A stretch of DNA of 64,000 bases, from positions 1,472,001 through 1,536,000 of the forward strand of contig CAWBZV010000003.1 of NCBI GenBank assembly GCA_963793305.1, written 5' to 3'. Position numbers and translations under genes: made by a program. The notes beneath the pieces are model-generated. The model searched no databases, was not told where the DNA came from, and saw only the letters and a program-made list of their open reading frames with translations. Positions 43,193 to 52,361 of this stretch are shown piece after piece. Every line of letters starts with the position of its first letter. Within the stretch, counting starts at the first letter, position 1. Origin of the DNA: an uncultured Gemmatimonadales bacterium. Lineage in GTDB: Bacteria > Gemmatimonadota > Gemmatimonadetes > Gemmatimonadales > Gemmatimonadaceae.

Positions 43193-44791
43193 ATGGATTA
43201 CTCGGTCACGTTCGCCCGTCACTTCTCACGGCTCGTTTGGCTCCTCGCCCACGAACCGGAGTCAGTCGACGAGCAAAAGGCTGCTTTGCGCGCGGCGGTT
43301 ACGGTCTCCCGAACGGGGGTCGTAACCCTCCGCGCTGAGAGCGGTCAACTTGTCGTCAACGGTGCACCGTTACCGGAAGCGTTGACCGGTGTGCAGGACC
43401 TCGTCACGACCTTCACGGGGCACGCGGTCAACGAGATGATCGTCGATATGGGCGCGCTGCCGGCCGACATCCTCGGCACTGCCCGTATCCTCGGCTCCGC
43501 GCCAGTTCAAGCGGGCCCCGACCAGGGGAAAGAGGTCGACGCCAAGCTCCGGGCGCTCGCACCCCGCACCGTGCGGGTGTCGCTGCGCCGCGCGCGCCGG
43601 CAATCGACCCCCCTGGGGGTCCCTGTCATCCCGCCACCCGGGGCGCCTCAGCAGGTGCCCGCCGCGGTAGCCGCCCGGGTCAATGGCCTGCAGCCCGCCA
43701 CGGTCTCGAATCGGGTCAGCGACTTCCAGCACGATGTCACGAACGAGATCGTTCGCGAATTCACGACCCTCGAACGGCAGAAAGAGTCGCCCGAGGAGCT
43801 CCTGGCAAAGCTCAACGTCACGAACTCGGTGTCCGCGACCTCGCGACTCCTCGACGTTGTCGTCGGCATGATCGAAGGCGCCGCGCGCGAGTCGAAACCA
43901 CTCGTGGTCGCCGATCTCTTCCTCCGCGTCGTTCGCGGTGAGGCGAGCAAGGCTGACCCCGAGGTCAAGCGCGCGTATGCCGCGGCCATCCGCCGGCTGT
44001 GCAAGCCGACGACGCTGCGCAGCGTGGCGGGCATCCTGCCGAAGCGGAAAGACCGCGTGAACGACTACCTGGCCATCCTCGCCCGGACCGGCGAAGAAGG
44101 CGCCGAGGCGCTCATCGAGCAGCTCACGGCGGCACAATCGTTGTCCGAGCGGCGCATCTTTTTCGACGCGCTCGTCACGCTCAAATCCGGCACGTCGACG
44201 CTCACGCACATGCTCGGCGACGCGCGCTGGTACGTGGCGCGCAACGCCGCGGACCTCCTCGGCGAGCTCAATTGCCTCGAGGCCGAGGGCGCGCTCGCCG
44301 ATCTCTTGCGGCACGATGATGACCGCGTCCGGCGCGCCGCGACGAACGCGCTGGCCAAGCTCGGCACGCCGCAGTCCCGTGTGGCGCTCAAGAAGGCGCT
44401 CAAGGATACGTCGCCGCAGGTGCGCGCCACCGCCGCCGCGGGGCTCGTCGGCAAGAACGGCAAGGAGACCGCGGCCACATTGCTCCGCGCCCTCGACAAC
44501 GAGCCAGACCTCGAGGTCCAGATCGCCATCCTCGGCGCCCTCGGCCGCATGGCCGACCCCGAATCGGTCGATCGCTTGATCAAGGCCGCCGAACCCGACG
44601 GCCGGCTCTTCAAGCGCAAGCCCCCCGCCTTCCGGATCGCCGCCGTCGCCGCACTCGGCGACGCCCGCACGCCCGCGGCATTGACCGCTCTGCAAGAGCT
44701 CACGAACGATCGCGACAAAGACGTGCGCGACGCCACGGCACGTGCCCTAGGGCAGCGCGCTAGCGAGCCGAGAAGTCTGTCTTCGGCGTAA
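43193..44791 (+). CDS. HEAT/PBS-lyase repeat protein
   Basis: DARWYVARNAADLLG, DDDRVRRAATNALAKLG, DTSPQVRATAAAGL, DRDKDVRDATARAL. Confidence 0.85.
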   Translation: MDYSVTFARHFSRLVWLLAHEPESVDEQKAALRAAVTVSRTGVVTLRAESGQLVVNGAPLPEALTGVQDLVTTFTGHAVNEMIVDMGALPADILGTARILGSAPVQAGPDQGKEVDAKLRALAPRTVRVSLRRARRQSTPLGVPVIPPPGAPQQVPAAVAARVNGLQPATVSNRVSDFQHDVTNEIVREFTTLERQKESPEELLAKLNVTNSVSATSRLLDVVVGMIEGAARESKPLVVADLFLRVVRGEASKADPEVKRAYAAAIRRLCKPTTLRSVAGILPKRKDRVNDYLAILARTGEEGAEALIEQLTAAQSLSERRIFFDALVTLKSGTSTLTHMLGDARWYVARNAADLLGELNCLEAEGALADLLRHDDDRVRRAATNALAKLGTPQSRVALKKALKDTSPQVRATAAAGLVGKNGKETAATLLRALDNEPDLEVQIAILGALGRMADPESVDRLIKAAEPDGRLFKRKPPAFRIAAVAALGDARTPAALTALQELTNDRDKDVRDATARALGQRASEPRSLSSA

Positions 44792-45827
44792 TCGCCCGGC
44801 AGGTGGCAGCGAGCAGCGACGCGGTCCGATCGAGATCGTCGAGACTCACGGTCTCGTTGGGCGAATGCATGTAGCGATTGGGCACGGACACGAGCGCCGT
44901 CGCAACGCCTTCGCGCGCGAGATGGATCGCGTCCGCGTCGGTGCTCGTGTCGCGCCCCGCGGCATGGACACTGTAGGGAATGCCGTCCCGCTCCGCGGTA
45001 TCGCGAAGCAGCGAGAAGAGCACGGGCGAGATGATCGACCCACGCGCCAGCACCGGCCCGCTGCCGAGCTTGTGGTCGCCGTACTCCTTCTTCTCGATGC
45101 CCGGATGATCCGTCGCGAACGTCACGTCGACGACGATGGCGGCCTGCGGGCTCACGCCGACGGCGCCGACGAGCGCGCCACCGCCGTGATAGGCGATCTC
45201 CTCCTGTGTCGTCGCCACGGCGACCACGCGCGCCGCGCCCGGTGACTCGGCGTAGCGCCGCAACGCCTCGAGCACGATAAACGCACCGATGCGATTATCG
45301 ATGGACCGCGACACCAGGCGCCCATTCGGAAAATCGACGGCGCGCGCGTCGATGACGCCGGGATCGCCGACGGCCACTCGCGCCTCGGCCTCGGCACGCG
45401 ACGCCGCGCCGATGTCGACCCACAGGTCGGTGATCTTCGTCGCTTTGTCCCGATCTTCGTTCTTGATGAGATGGATGGGCTTCCGCCCGACGACTCCAAC
45501 GACGTCCCCGGCGCGTCCCAGGAACACGACCCGCTGCCCCACGAGCACCTGCGCATCCCACCCACCGATGTTCGAGAAGTAGAGGTACCCATCGTCGTCG
45601 ATGTACGTGAGGATGAGCCCGATCTCGTCGACATGCCCCGCGAGCATGATCGTCGGCGCCCCCTTCGCGTTCACGGTCGCAATGCTATTCCCGACCACGT
45701 CACCTCTCACGTCCGCAAAACTCTTGGCGCGTTCGCGCCAGACCTGCGCGGGCCGAGCTTCGAAGCCCGACGGTCCTGGACTGTCCAGCAGATGCTTGAG
45801 AAAGGCGATCGAATCGTGATTGAGCAT
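44760..45827 (-). CDS. M42 family aminopeptidase
   Basis: GPSGFE, AGHVDEIG, IGGWD, IDNRIG, QEEI, VDVT, STDAD, RYMHSPNE. Confidence 0.93.
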   Translation of the reverse strand: MLNHDSIAFLKHLLDSPGPSGFEARPAQVWRERAKSFADVRGDVVGNSIATVNAKGAPTIMLAGHVDEIGLILTYIDDDGYLYFSNIGGWDAQVLVGQRVVFLGRAGDVVGVVGRKPIHLIKNEDRDKATKITDLWVDIGAASRAEAEARVAVGDPGVIDARAVDFPNGRLVSRSIDNRIGAFIVLEALRRYAESPGAARVVAVATTQEEIAYHGGGALVGAVGVSPQAAIVVDVTFATDHPGIEKKEYGDHKLGSGPVLARGSIISPVLFSLLRDTAERDGIPYSVHAAGRDTSTDADAIHLAREGVATALVSVPNRYMHSPNETVSLDDLDRTASLLAATCRAITPKTDFSAR

Positions 45828-45828
45828 G

Positions 45829-46713
45829 TCAGGCTATGGGTAGAGCGCATTCGGGGCGCGGAGCACCAAACAGCGCAGGGTGAAAAATCGCGGCCAGCGT
45901 TTCGACTCCATCTATGAGCCGTGGTCCCGGCCGGCTCAACAGCGAGTTTGCGTCAATGGCCCAGACCGGGACCTCGGGTAACCACGCCAACTCGCGCGCC
46001 GCCTGAGCGGCACGGTGTACATCATAGCCGCACGGAGCCACCAGCACAATGTCTGGTTGCGCGGCGATGATCGCTTCACGGGGCACGACCGTGGAATGCG
46101 CCCCCGGGGTGCCCACGACGTCGGCGCCGCCCGCGCGACGAGCCATCTCCGGCACCCAGTGTCCGGCGATGAACACTGGGTCGGTCCACTCGATGACGAC
46201 CACTCGCGGCCGCGGCGCTCTCGCAGCCTTGAGTCTCTGATGGACGTCTTCGACCCTCGCCCGTAGCGCGGCAGCCAATCGCACGCCGGCGTCGGCGTCG
46301 CCGAACGCGCACGCGACGTCACGGATATCGCCAAGGACGCCGTCGAGAGTCGACGCTGAGAGAGTAGCGATGCGCGGTCGCGGCGTCAGCCGCGCTGCGT
46401 ACAACCGGCACTCCGTCTCGCTGACCGCGCACACCTCACACAACGCCTGCGTAACGATGAGGTCGGGCGCGAGAGTCTCCACGAGATCCCAGTCGACTGT
46501 ATACAACGGGTGACCATTGGCGACGTACGTGCGAACGCTCGCGTCGACGCTAGCAGCGTCGGCCGTGTGATCGATGGCTGTCGACGTCACTCGCGGCAGG
46601 TGCTTCACATGAGCCGGGTAATCGCACTCATGACTCACGCCGACGAGTTGGTCAGAACGTCCGAGCGCGGCAACGATCTCGGTGCCGCTGGGCAAAAGCG
46701 AGACGATATTCAT
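45829..46713 (-). CDS. BtuF-like cobalamin/iron-binding fold protein lacking a signal peptide
   Basis: IVSLLPSGTEIV, VGVSHECDYP, TQALCEVCAV, EWTDP, SRPGPRL. Confidence 0.85.
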   Translation of the reverse strand: MNIVSLLPSGTEIVAALGRSDQLVGVSHECDYPAHVKHLPRVTSTAIDHTADAASVDASVRTYVANGHPLYTVDWDLVETLAPDLIVTQALCEVCAVSETECRLYAARLTPRPRIATLSASTLDGVLGDIRDVACAFGDADAGVRLAAALRARVEDVHQRLKAARAPRPRVVVIEWTDPVFIAGHWVPEMARRAGGADVVGTPGAHSTVVPREAIIAAQPDIVLVAPCGYDVHRAAQAARELAWLPEVPVWAIDANSLLSRPGPRLIDGVETLAAIFHPALFGAPRPECALPIA

Positions 46714-46769
46714 GTATTTACAGCGCCGTGACTTTACGATACCGTTTATCCGATCTTCACGGAGGATAC

Positions 46770-48200
46770 ATGACTCACGTTCGTCCGCGCGCGTTGGCCT
46801 TGGGTTTCGCGCTCGCTCTCTTACCCGCGAGCACCTGGGCCCAAGGATTCGGGCTGAACGAGATTGGAACCTGTGCGGAAGCGCGCGGGTTCGCCAATAC
46901 CGGCGCCCCTTGCCACGATGCGTCGTCGATCTACTGGAACCCGGCCGCAACCCCCTCGTTGCCTGGGTTCTCGATATATGGGGGAGCGTCCGCCATACGC
47001 CTGATGGGCGGCTTCAGGCAGGACACGACGGGTCACCAGTACAACTCGAACGTGCCCGTGGTCGTCCCCCCGGCCGTGTTCGTGAATTTCTCCAACATGA
47101 TCGGCCCGAACAAGTACGCCCTCGGGTTCGGCTTCTACGTCCCGTACGGTCTGATCTCGCAGTGGCGCGATGACTTTCCGGGTCGGTTCGCCTCGTCGCG
47201 TGCCTCGATCAACACGTACTACCTGCAGCCGAACCTCGCCATCGAGATCATTCCATCGGTCCTCTCGATCGGCGGCGGACCCGTGATCGGGATCTCGTCG
47301 ATCCGGCTCGACCAGGCGCTGGATCTGTCGACCTTCCCGGTTCCCGGCGCGCCGCTCGGCACCACGTTCGCGGAGCTCGGCATCGCGCCTGGCACCGAGG
47401 CCGGGACGGTGACGCTCAAGAGCGCCAACGAGGTTGCTCCCGGCTTCAATGTCGGCGTGCACGCGAACCTGCTGCCGACGCTGCAGATCGGCGCACGGTA
47501 CCTCTCGCATCTCGTGTTCGACTACAAGAATGGGACGGCGTCGTTCCGTCAGGTCGAAACAGGCCTGGTGCTCGCCGCGAATAACCCGCTCGGCCTGCCC
47601 GGCGGCACGCCGGTCGACGGCGTTCTCGCGCCGTCCTTCACCGGAACCGGGCCGTTCACGAATCAGGGCGTGGCGACGAAGATCACCCACCCCTATCAGT
47701 TCCAGGTCGGGCTCGGGTACACGGGCCTGAGCCAGACGACGATCTCCGTCGACTACGCACTGGTCGGCTGGTCCGAGTTCCAGTCACTGCCGATTGTATT
47801 CCAGGGACCCGCCGCCGCGAACAGTCAGACGATTCTCGCCAACTATACGGACTCGTGGTCGATCCGGTCCGGTCTCGAGCACGTATTCGGCGACCCGGTC
47901 GTCGGATTCATCGGGCGGCTGGGATTCAGCTACGCCAAGACTCCGGTGCCGCGCGATGCGGTCGTCCCACTTCTCCCCGATATGAATCGCTTCAACTACT
48001 CGGCCGGCATCGGCTATCCGCTGAGCAAGCACACGGCGATCGACCTCTCCTACATTCACGTCGGGACGGAAGGCCGGCGCGGCCTCATCGTGCAGCGCAC
48101 GACGACGGTGAACAACAACCTGAATTACACGCAGCTCGACGATGGGTTCTACACGCTCGCCGCGAATGTCGTGTCCTTGAGCCTCAAACTCGGTTTCTAA
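46770..48200 (+). CDS. FadL/OmpP1 family outer-membrane long-chain fatty acid channel
   Basis: GGAGG RBS, signal peptide, GFGLNE, DASSIYWNPA, YVPYGL, C-terminal Phe. Confidence 0.88.
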   Translation: MTHVRPRALALGFALALLPASTWAQGFGLNEIGTCAEARGFANTGAPCHDASSIYWNPAATPSLPGFSIYGGASAIRLMGGFRQDTTGHQYNSNVPVVVPPAVFVNFSNMIGPNKYALGFGFYVPYGLISQWRDDFPGRFASSRASINTYYLQPNLAIEIIPSVLSIGGGPVIGISSIRLDQALDLSTFPVPGAPLGTTFAELGIAPGTEAGTVTLKSANEVAPGFNVGVHANLLPTLQIGARYLSHLVFDYKNGTASFRQVETGLVLAANNPLGLPGGTPVDGVLAPSFTGTGPFTNQGVATKITHPYQFQVGLGYTGLSQTTISVDYALVGWSEFQSLPIVFQGPAAANSQTILANYTDSWSIRSGLEHVFGDPVVGFIGRLGFSYAKTPVPRDAVVPLLPDMNRFNYSAGIGYPLSKHTAIDLSYIHVGTEGRRGLIVQRTTTVNNNLNYTQLDDGFYTLAANVVSLSLKLGF

Positions 48201-48203
48201 GCC

Positions 48204-49418
48204 ATGACTCGATATCTCTCGATGAGCCTCGCCGCCGCGATGATTGCGCTCGCGGCCTGCGATTCCGACAAGATCGTCACTCCGCCCGCGACCTCGCTCA
48301 ACACCGGGATCTTCAAGAGCTACGTCGCGATCGGTAACAGCATCACGGCCGGCTACCAATCGGGCGGCATCGTCGACTCGACGCAGCAGGAGAGCTTTGC
48401 CTTCCTCCTGGCGCAAGCGGCCGGCACCCGATACGCCTATCCCGCGTTCACGGTGCCCGGCTGCCCGCCGCCGATCGCGAACTTCCAGACCGGCGCGCGA
48501 CTCGACAACGGGACGGCCACGACTTGCCTCGGGCGCGACCCGAGCAAAGTCAGCGCGATCCTGAACAACGTCGCGGTGCCCGGCGCCGCCGTCGCGGACT
48601 TGACGGCGCTCACGACCGCGAACTCGAACGCGCTCACGACGTTCATCCTCGGCGGCCAGACCCAGATCCAGAAAGCGCTCGCCGCGTCGCCGACCTTCGT
48701 GACCGTCGAAATCGGCAATAACGATGTGCTCCCGGCGGCCCTCTCGGGCATCCCGGTTCCCACGGCGGGAGTCTCCCCGGGGATCACACCCGTCGACTCG
48801 TTCGAGATCCAATACGCCCGGGCCATCAACCAGCTGACGTCAGCCCAGCCGAAACTCAAGGGCGTCCTGCTCGGCGTCTTCAACGTCACCCTGATCGGCG
48901 CGCTGTTCCCGATCGACAGCGTGATCAACAACCCGCTCCTCGGCGCCGAAGTCGACGCCGCGGCGGGGCACGCGATCACCTACGCGCCCGATTGTGTGAA
49001 CAGCGGCGCGCTCTTGTCGCTTGAGGTGCTGCCACTGATTGCGTCGGGCGAGGTTCCGCCGATCATCGGGTGCGCCGATGCCAACCCCTTCACGCTCTCG
49101 GTGGACAAGATCGGACTCTTCGTCGGCACTGTGCAGGCATACAACGGCTACATCCAGGCGAAAGCCGACTCGATCGGGTTCGCGTACATGGACCCGAATC
49201 CGCTCCTCCTTCAACTGCGAGCGATCGATTCGATTCCGCCATACCCGAACTTCGCCAGCGCGACCCACCCGTTCGGATCCTTCATTACGCTCGACGGCAT
49301 TCACCCGTCGGCAGCCGCGCACCAGCTGATCGCCGCCGCCATGATCGCCAAGATCGACAGCGTGTACGGGCTAACGATCGGCCAGAATATGCTCGCTCAG
49401 CGCGTCGCCCGGCGGTAA
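48204..49418 (+). CDS. SGNH/GDSL hydrolase lipoprotein
   Basis: LAAC lipobox, AIGNSITAG, NNVAVPGA, IGNND, LDGIHPS. Confidence 0.9.
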   Translation: MTRYLSMSLAAAMIALAACDSDKIVTPPATSLNTGIFKSYVAIGNSITAGYQSGGIVDSTQQESFAFLLAQAAGTRYAYPAFTVPGCPPPIANFQTGARLDNGTATTCLGRDPSKVSAILNNVAVPGAAVADLTALTTANSNALTTFILGGQTQIQKALAASPTFVTVEIGNNDVLPAALSGIPVPTAGVSPGITPVDSFEIQYARAINQLTSAQPKLKGVLLGVFNVTLIGALFPIDSVINNPLLGAEVDAAAGHAITYAPDCVNSGALLSLEVLPLIASGEVPPIIGCADANPFTLSVDKIGLFVGTVQAYNGYIQAKADSIGFAYMDPNPLLLQLRAIDSIPPYPNFASATHPFGSFITLDGIHPSAAAHQLIAAAMIAKIDSVYGLTIGQNMLAQRVARR

Positions 49419-49430
49419 AGCGGAATCGCG

Positions 49431-49463
49431 GGGTCGCGCGCTAGCGGGCGAGGCGCGCGACCC
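49431..49463. terminator. Perfect 11-bp hairpin between the convergent SGNH and OPT genes, spanning the OPT stop codon
   Basis: GGGTCGCGCGC (49431-49441)/GCGCGCGACCC (49453-49463). Confidence 0.5.
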
Positions 49464-51426
49464 AGCGATACATGATGAGCATCGTCGCGGTAAATGCGAT
49501 GCAGGACAACGCGACCGCGCCACTCGCGGCAAACTGGTCGCCGACGAGCGACAGGGGGAAGTCCTTCCCGGAGAACGCGACGAGGGCGGCGACCAGCACG
49601 CCCACGAGCCCCTCGCCGACGATCAGGCCCGAGGCGAGCAGCACACCGAGCTGCTTGACGGCTGCCGGGTCGGCACGGTGCTCGGCACGCCGATCGAAGT
49701 ACCACCCGGCCAGAGCGCCGATCACCACCATCAGCGTGACTTGGGTGGGCAGGTAAATCCCCAAGCCAACCGCGAGCGGAGACAGATGGACGCGGCCGTT
49801 CGTGGCTCGACGCAGGGCCGCATTGATGACGATGAGACCCACACCGATCGCGATACCGACACCGATCAAGCTCCAATCGATGTTGTTCTGCAGTACACCC
49901 TGAGCGAGCGCGGAGATCAAGCCCGCCTGCGGCGCCGGCAAGGGATTGGCGCGGGCGACTCCCGGCGCGCCGAGAAACCCGTACGCGTGATTCAACAGGT
50001 CCAGGATGGGGGGGATGATCGCCGCCCCCGCAACGACACCGAAGATGAGCGCCACCTGCTGCTTCCACGGTGTCGCGTCCACGAGTTGCCCGGTCTTGAG
50101 GTCCTGCAGATTGTTGTTCGCGATCGTCGCGGCGGCAAAGACCACCGAGACCACGAACAGGGCGTAGGCGACGAGGGCAGGTTGCGCGGCGGTCGGCAGA
50201 TACGGACGCACGCCGACCACCATGAGCAGCGCCGCTCCGATGACCGCCACGATGCCGATGCCGGACAGAGGACTGTTGGACGCGCCGATAAGGCCAGCCA
50301 TGTAGCCGCAGACTGACGACACAAAGAAACTCATGAGCGCGATGAACACGACGCCACCGATCACGAGCACCGTCATCTTGGGCGCGAGCGCGCCACCGGA
50401 ATCAAAATTCGCCAGCAGGATCGCGATCGGCACCATGCAGACGAGCGTCACGACCGCCACGATGCCGATCGGAATGTCTTGCTCCGTTCGAGGCATCAGG
50501 GCCTGCTGACCCGATCTCCGCGCGCGCGAGGCGGCCAGCGCCGATCGCAATCCGCGGTACACGGGCTGCACCAGCATCAGGAGCGTCCAGATCGCCGCGA
50601 TGAGAATCGTGCCCGCACCGACGAAGCGCACCTGGTGGCTCCAGGTCGCTTGTGCCAACGCGGCCGCTGTTCCATGGCCAGCGTTCAGCGCCGAGTAATG
50701 GGGAACGCCCCACGCCCAGGCGATGATCGTTCCGATCCCAATCGCGACGCCAACCCACAGCCCCACGAGGTGACCAACGCCGAAGAGTGCCACGGAGAAG
50801 AAGAGATCAAACCCGGTCACGGCGCCCCGCTCGCCAAGGCGGAAATACCGCGCCAGATCGCTGGCGAATATTCTGGTAGCCACGATGACCGCGAACGCGG
50901 CGGATACAATCGACCCGGCCGTCACCGCCAACAGGCCGGCGCGAGTGGCGTCGACGCCGCTCTTCTCAGCGGTGCCGCCACTGCCAACCTTGAGCACTTC
51001 GGCGCACGCCACGCCTTCCGGAAACGGCAAGTCCGATTCCGTCACGAGCGCGCGTCTGAGCGGGATAGAGTACATCACGCCAAGCACGCCGCCCAGTGCG
51101 CAAATCGACGCCGAGGTCCAGTACGGGAAGCCGCTCCACCAGCCGATGATCACCAGCCCGGGCAACACGAAAATGATCGCCGAGAGCGTTCCGGCGGCCG
51201 ACGCGACGGTCTGAACGATGTTGTTTTCTTGGATCGTCACGTCCTTGAAGCCGCGCAGCACCGCCATGGAGATGACGGCCGCCGGGATCGAGGTCGCGAA
51301 GGTCAGTCCTGCTTTGAGCCCGAAGAAAACGTTCGCCGCGGTGAAAATCAGCGTGATCAACACTCCGAGGATCACGCTCCGTACGGTCAGTTCTTTTCGT
51401 ACGTCTTCTTTGAGGAGTTGGCCCAT
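49441..51426 (-). CDS. OPT family oligopeptide transporter
   Basis: ELTVRSVILG, GLTFATSIPAAVIS, ENNIVQTVASA, FPEGVACAEVL, NNLQDLKTG, LPAPQA. Confidence 0.95.
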   Translation of the reverse strand: MGQLLKEDVRKELTVRSVILGVLITLIFTAANVFFGLKAGLTFATSIPAAVISMAVLRGFKDVTIQENNIVQTVASAAGTLSAIIFVLPGLVIIGWWSGFPYWTSASICALGGVLGVMYSIPLRRALVTESDLPFPEGVACAEVLKVGSGGTAEKSGVDATRAGLLAVTAGSIVSAAFAVIVATRIFASDLARYFRLGERGAVTGFDLFFSVALFGVGHLVGLWVGVAIGIGTIIAWAWGVPHYSALNAGHGTAAALAQATWSHQVRFVGAGTILIAAIWTLLMLVQPVYRGLRSALAASRARRSGQQALMPRTEQDIPIGIVAVVTLVCMVPIAILLANFDSGGALAPKMTVLVIGGVVFIALMSFFVSSVCGYMAGLIGASNSPLSGIGIVAVIGAALLMVVGVRPYLPTAAQPALVAYALFVVSVVFAAATIANNNLQDLKTGQLVDATPWKQQVALIFGVVAGAAIIPPILDLLNHAYGFLGAPGVARANPLPAPQAGLISALAQGVLQNNIDWSLIGVGIAIGVGLIVINAALRRATNGRVHLSPLAVGLGIYLPTQVTLMVVIGALAGWYFDRRAEHRADPAAVKQLGVLLASGLIVGEGLVGVLVAALVAFSGKDFPLSLVGDQFAASGAVALSCIAFTATMLIMYRWVARLAR

Positions 51427-51435
51427 GCGGCCCAA

Positions 51436-52296
51436 TTATGCTTCACGGCGCTTCACCAGGCTAGGCTTGAGCCGCCGGACCATGAGCCACAGGGCAGCGG
51501 CTATGGCGGCGAGAGGCAGCAAGACCCCGAGCGAAGCGATGCCGGAGGCGACGAACCCGATGAAGTTGCGCCAAGCTTGCCGCGTCGCCTCCCGAATCGG
51601 ATGCTCCCCTGGTGCCTCGGCTAGCACGGTCGCACGCTCGTGCACCGTGACGTCCAAAGCGCTCATGGTCGCATGCGCCTTGAGGTACCTCAGGTGCCCT
51701 TCATAGTGCTCGATCTCCCCTTGCACACGCGCCAACTCCCGCTCGAGGTCGAGCACGTCCTTGAGCTTCCCGGTGCGTGTCGCGAGGAGCACCGTCAGCT
51801 GCTGCTCCTCCCGCTTCGAGTTCACCACGCGCGCCTCGAAGTCGACATACTCTTCGCCCACGTCTCGCGCCGTCATGTTCACCGACTCGACGCGCCCGAT
51901 GGGGTTGAGCTGGCCCAGCACGCCGTCGAGCCGCTCCTCGGGAACATCAATGACGAGGGTGGCCGTCTTCACGTTCTCGGCCCCACGCTGGATCGAGCTC
52001 GATCCGATATACCCGCCAAACGTCGTCGCCAGATTCCTCACGCGCGCGACAGCCGGGTCGATCGAATCCACCTCGATCGACACTTGGCCCGTTCGGATGA
52101 TCATCGGCCCTCCAGATCCCTCGGAGTCGGAGGCCATCACCGGCTGATCCAGCCTTTCTTCGGACAGTGGCGCCGCGGCCATGAATGCGGCTTTACGCGC
52201 GGCGACGGCGGTACGATCACGCTCGTACCGGAGTGCCTTTTGGCCGCAGCCAAGGGTGAGCGCGAGCGCAGTGAGCGCAATAATGGGATATCGCAT
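51436..52296 (-). CDS. DUF4349 domain lipoprotein
   Basis: LGC lipobox, MIIRTGQVSIEV, GGYI, DVGEEYVD, ERELARVQGEIE, C-terminal TM helix. Confidence 0.88.
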   Translation of the reverse strand: MRYPIIALTALALTLGCGQKALRYERDRTAVAARKAAFMAAAPLSEERLDQPVMASDSEGSGGPMIIRTGQVSIEVDSIDPAVARVRNLATTFGGYIGSSSIQRGAENVKTATLVIDVPEERLDGVLGQLNPIGRVESVNMTARDVGEEYVDFEARVVNSKREEQQLTVLLATRTGKLKDVLDLERELARVQGEIEHYEGHLRYLKAHATMSALDVTVHERATVLAEAPGEHPIREATRQAWRNFIGFVASGIASLGVLLPLAAIAAALWLMVRRLKPSLVKRREA

Positions 52297-52361
52297 GCCA
52301 GGGAGACGCCGTGGAGCGCACGACTTGCACACCCGGCGTCACCCAGCCACTGTTTGCGGTC

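Noticed and set aside
45829..46770. Cobalamin riboswitch upstream of the BtuF-like gene
   Set aside because: Only about 56 nt separate the divergent starts, too short for this riboswitch, and no B12-box is recognisable
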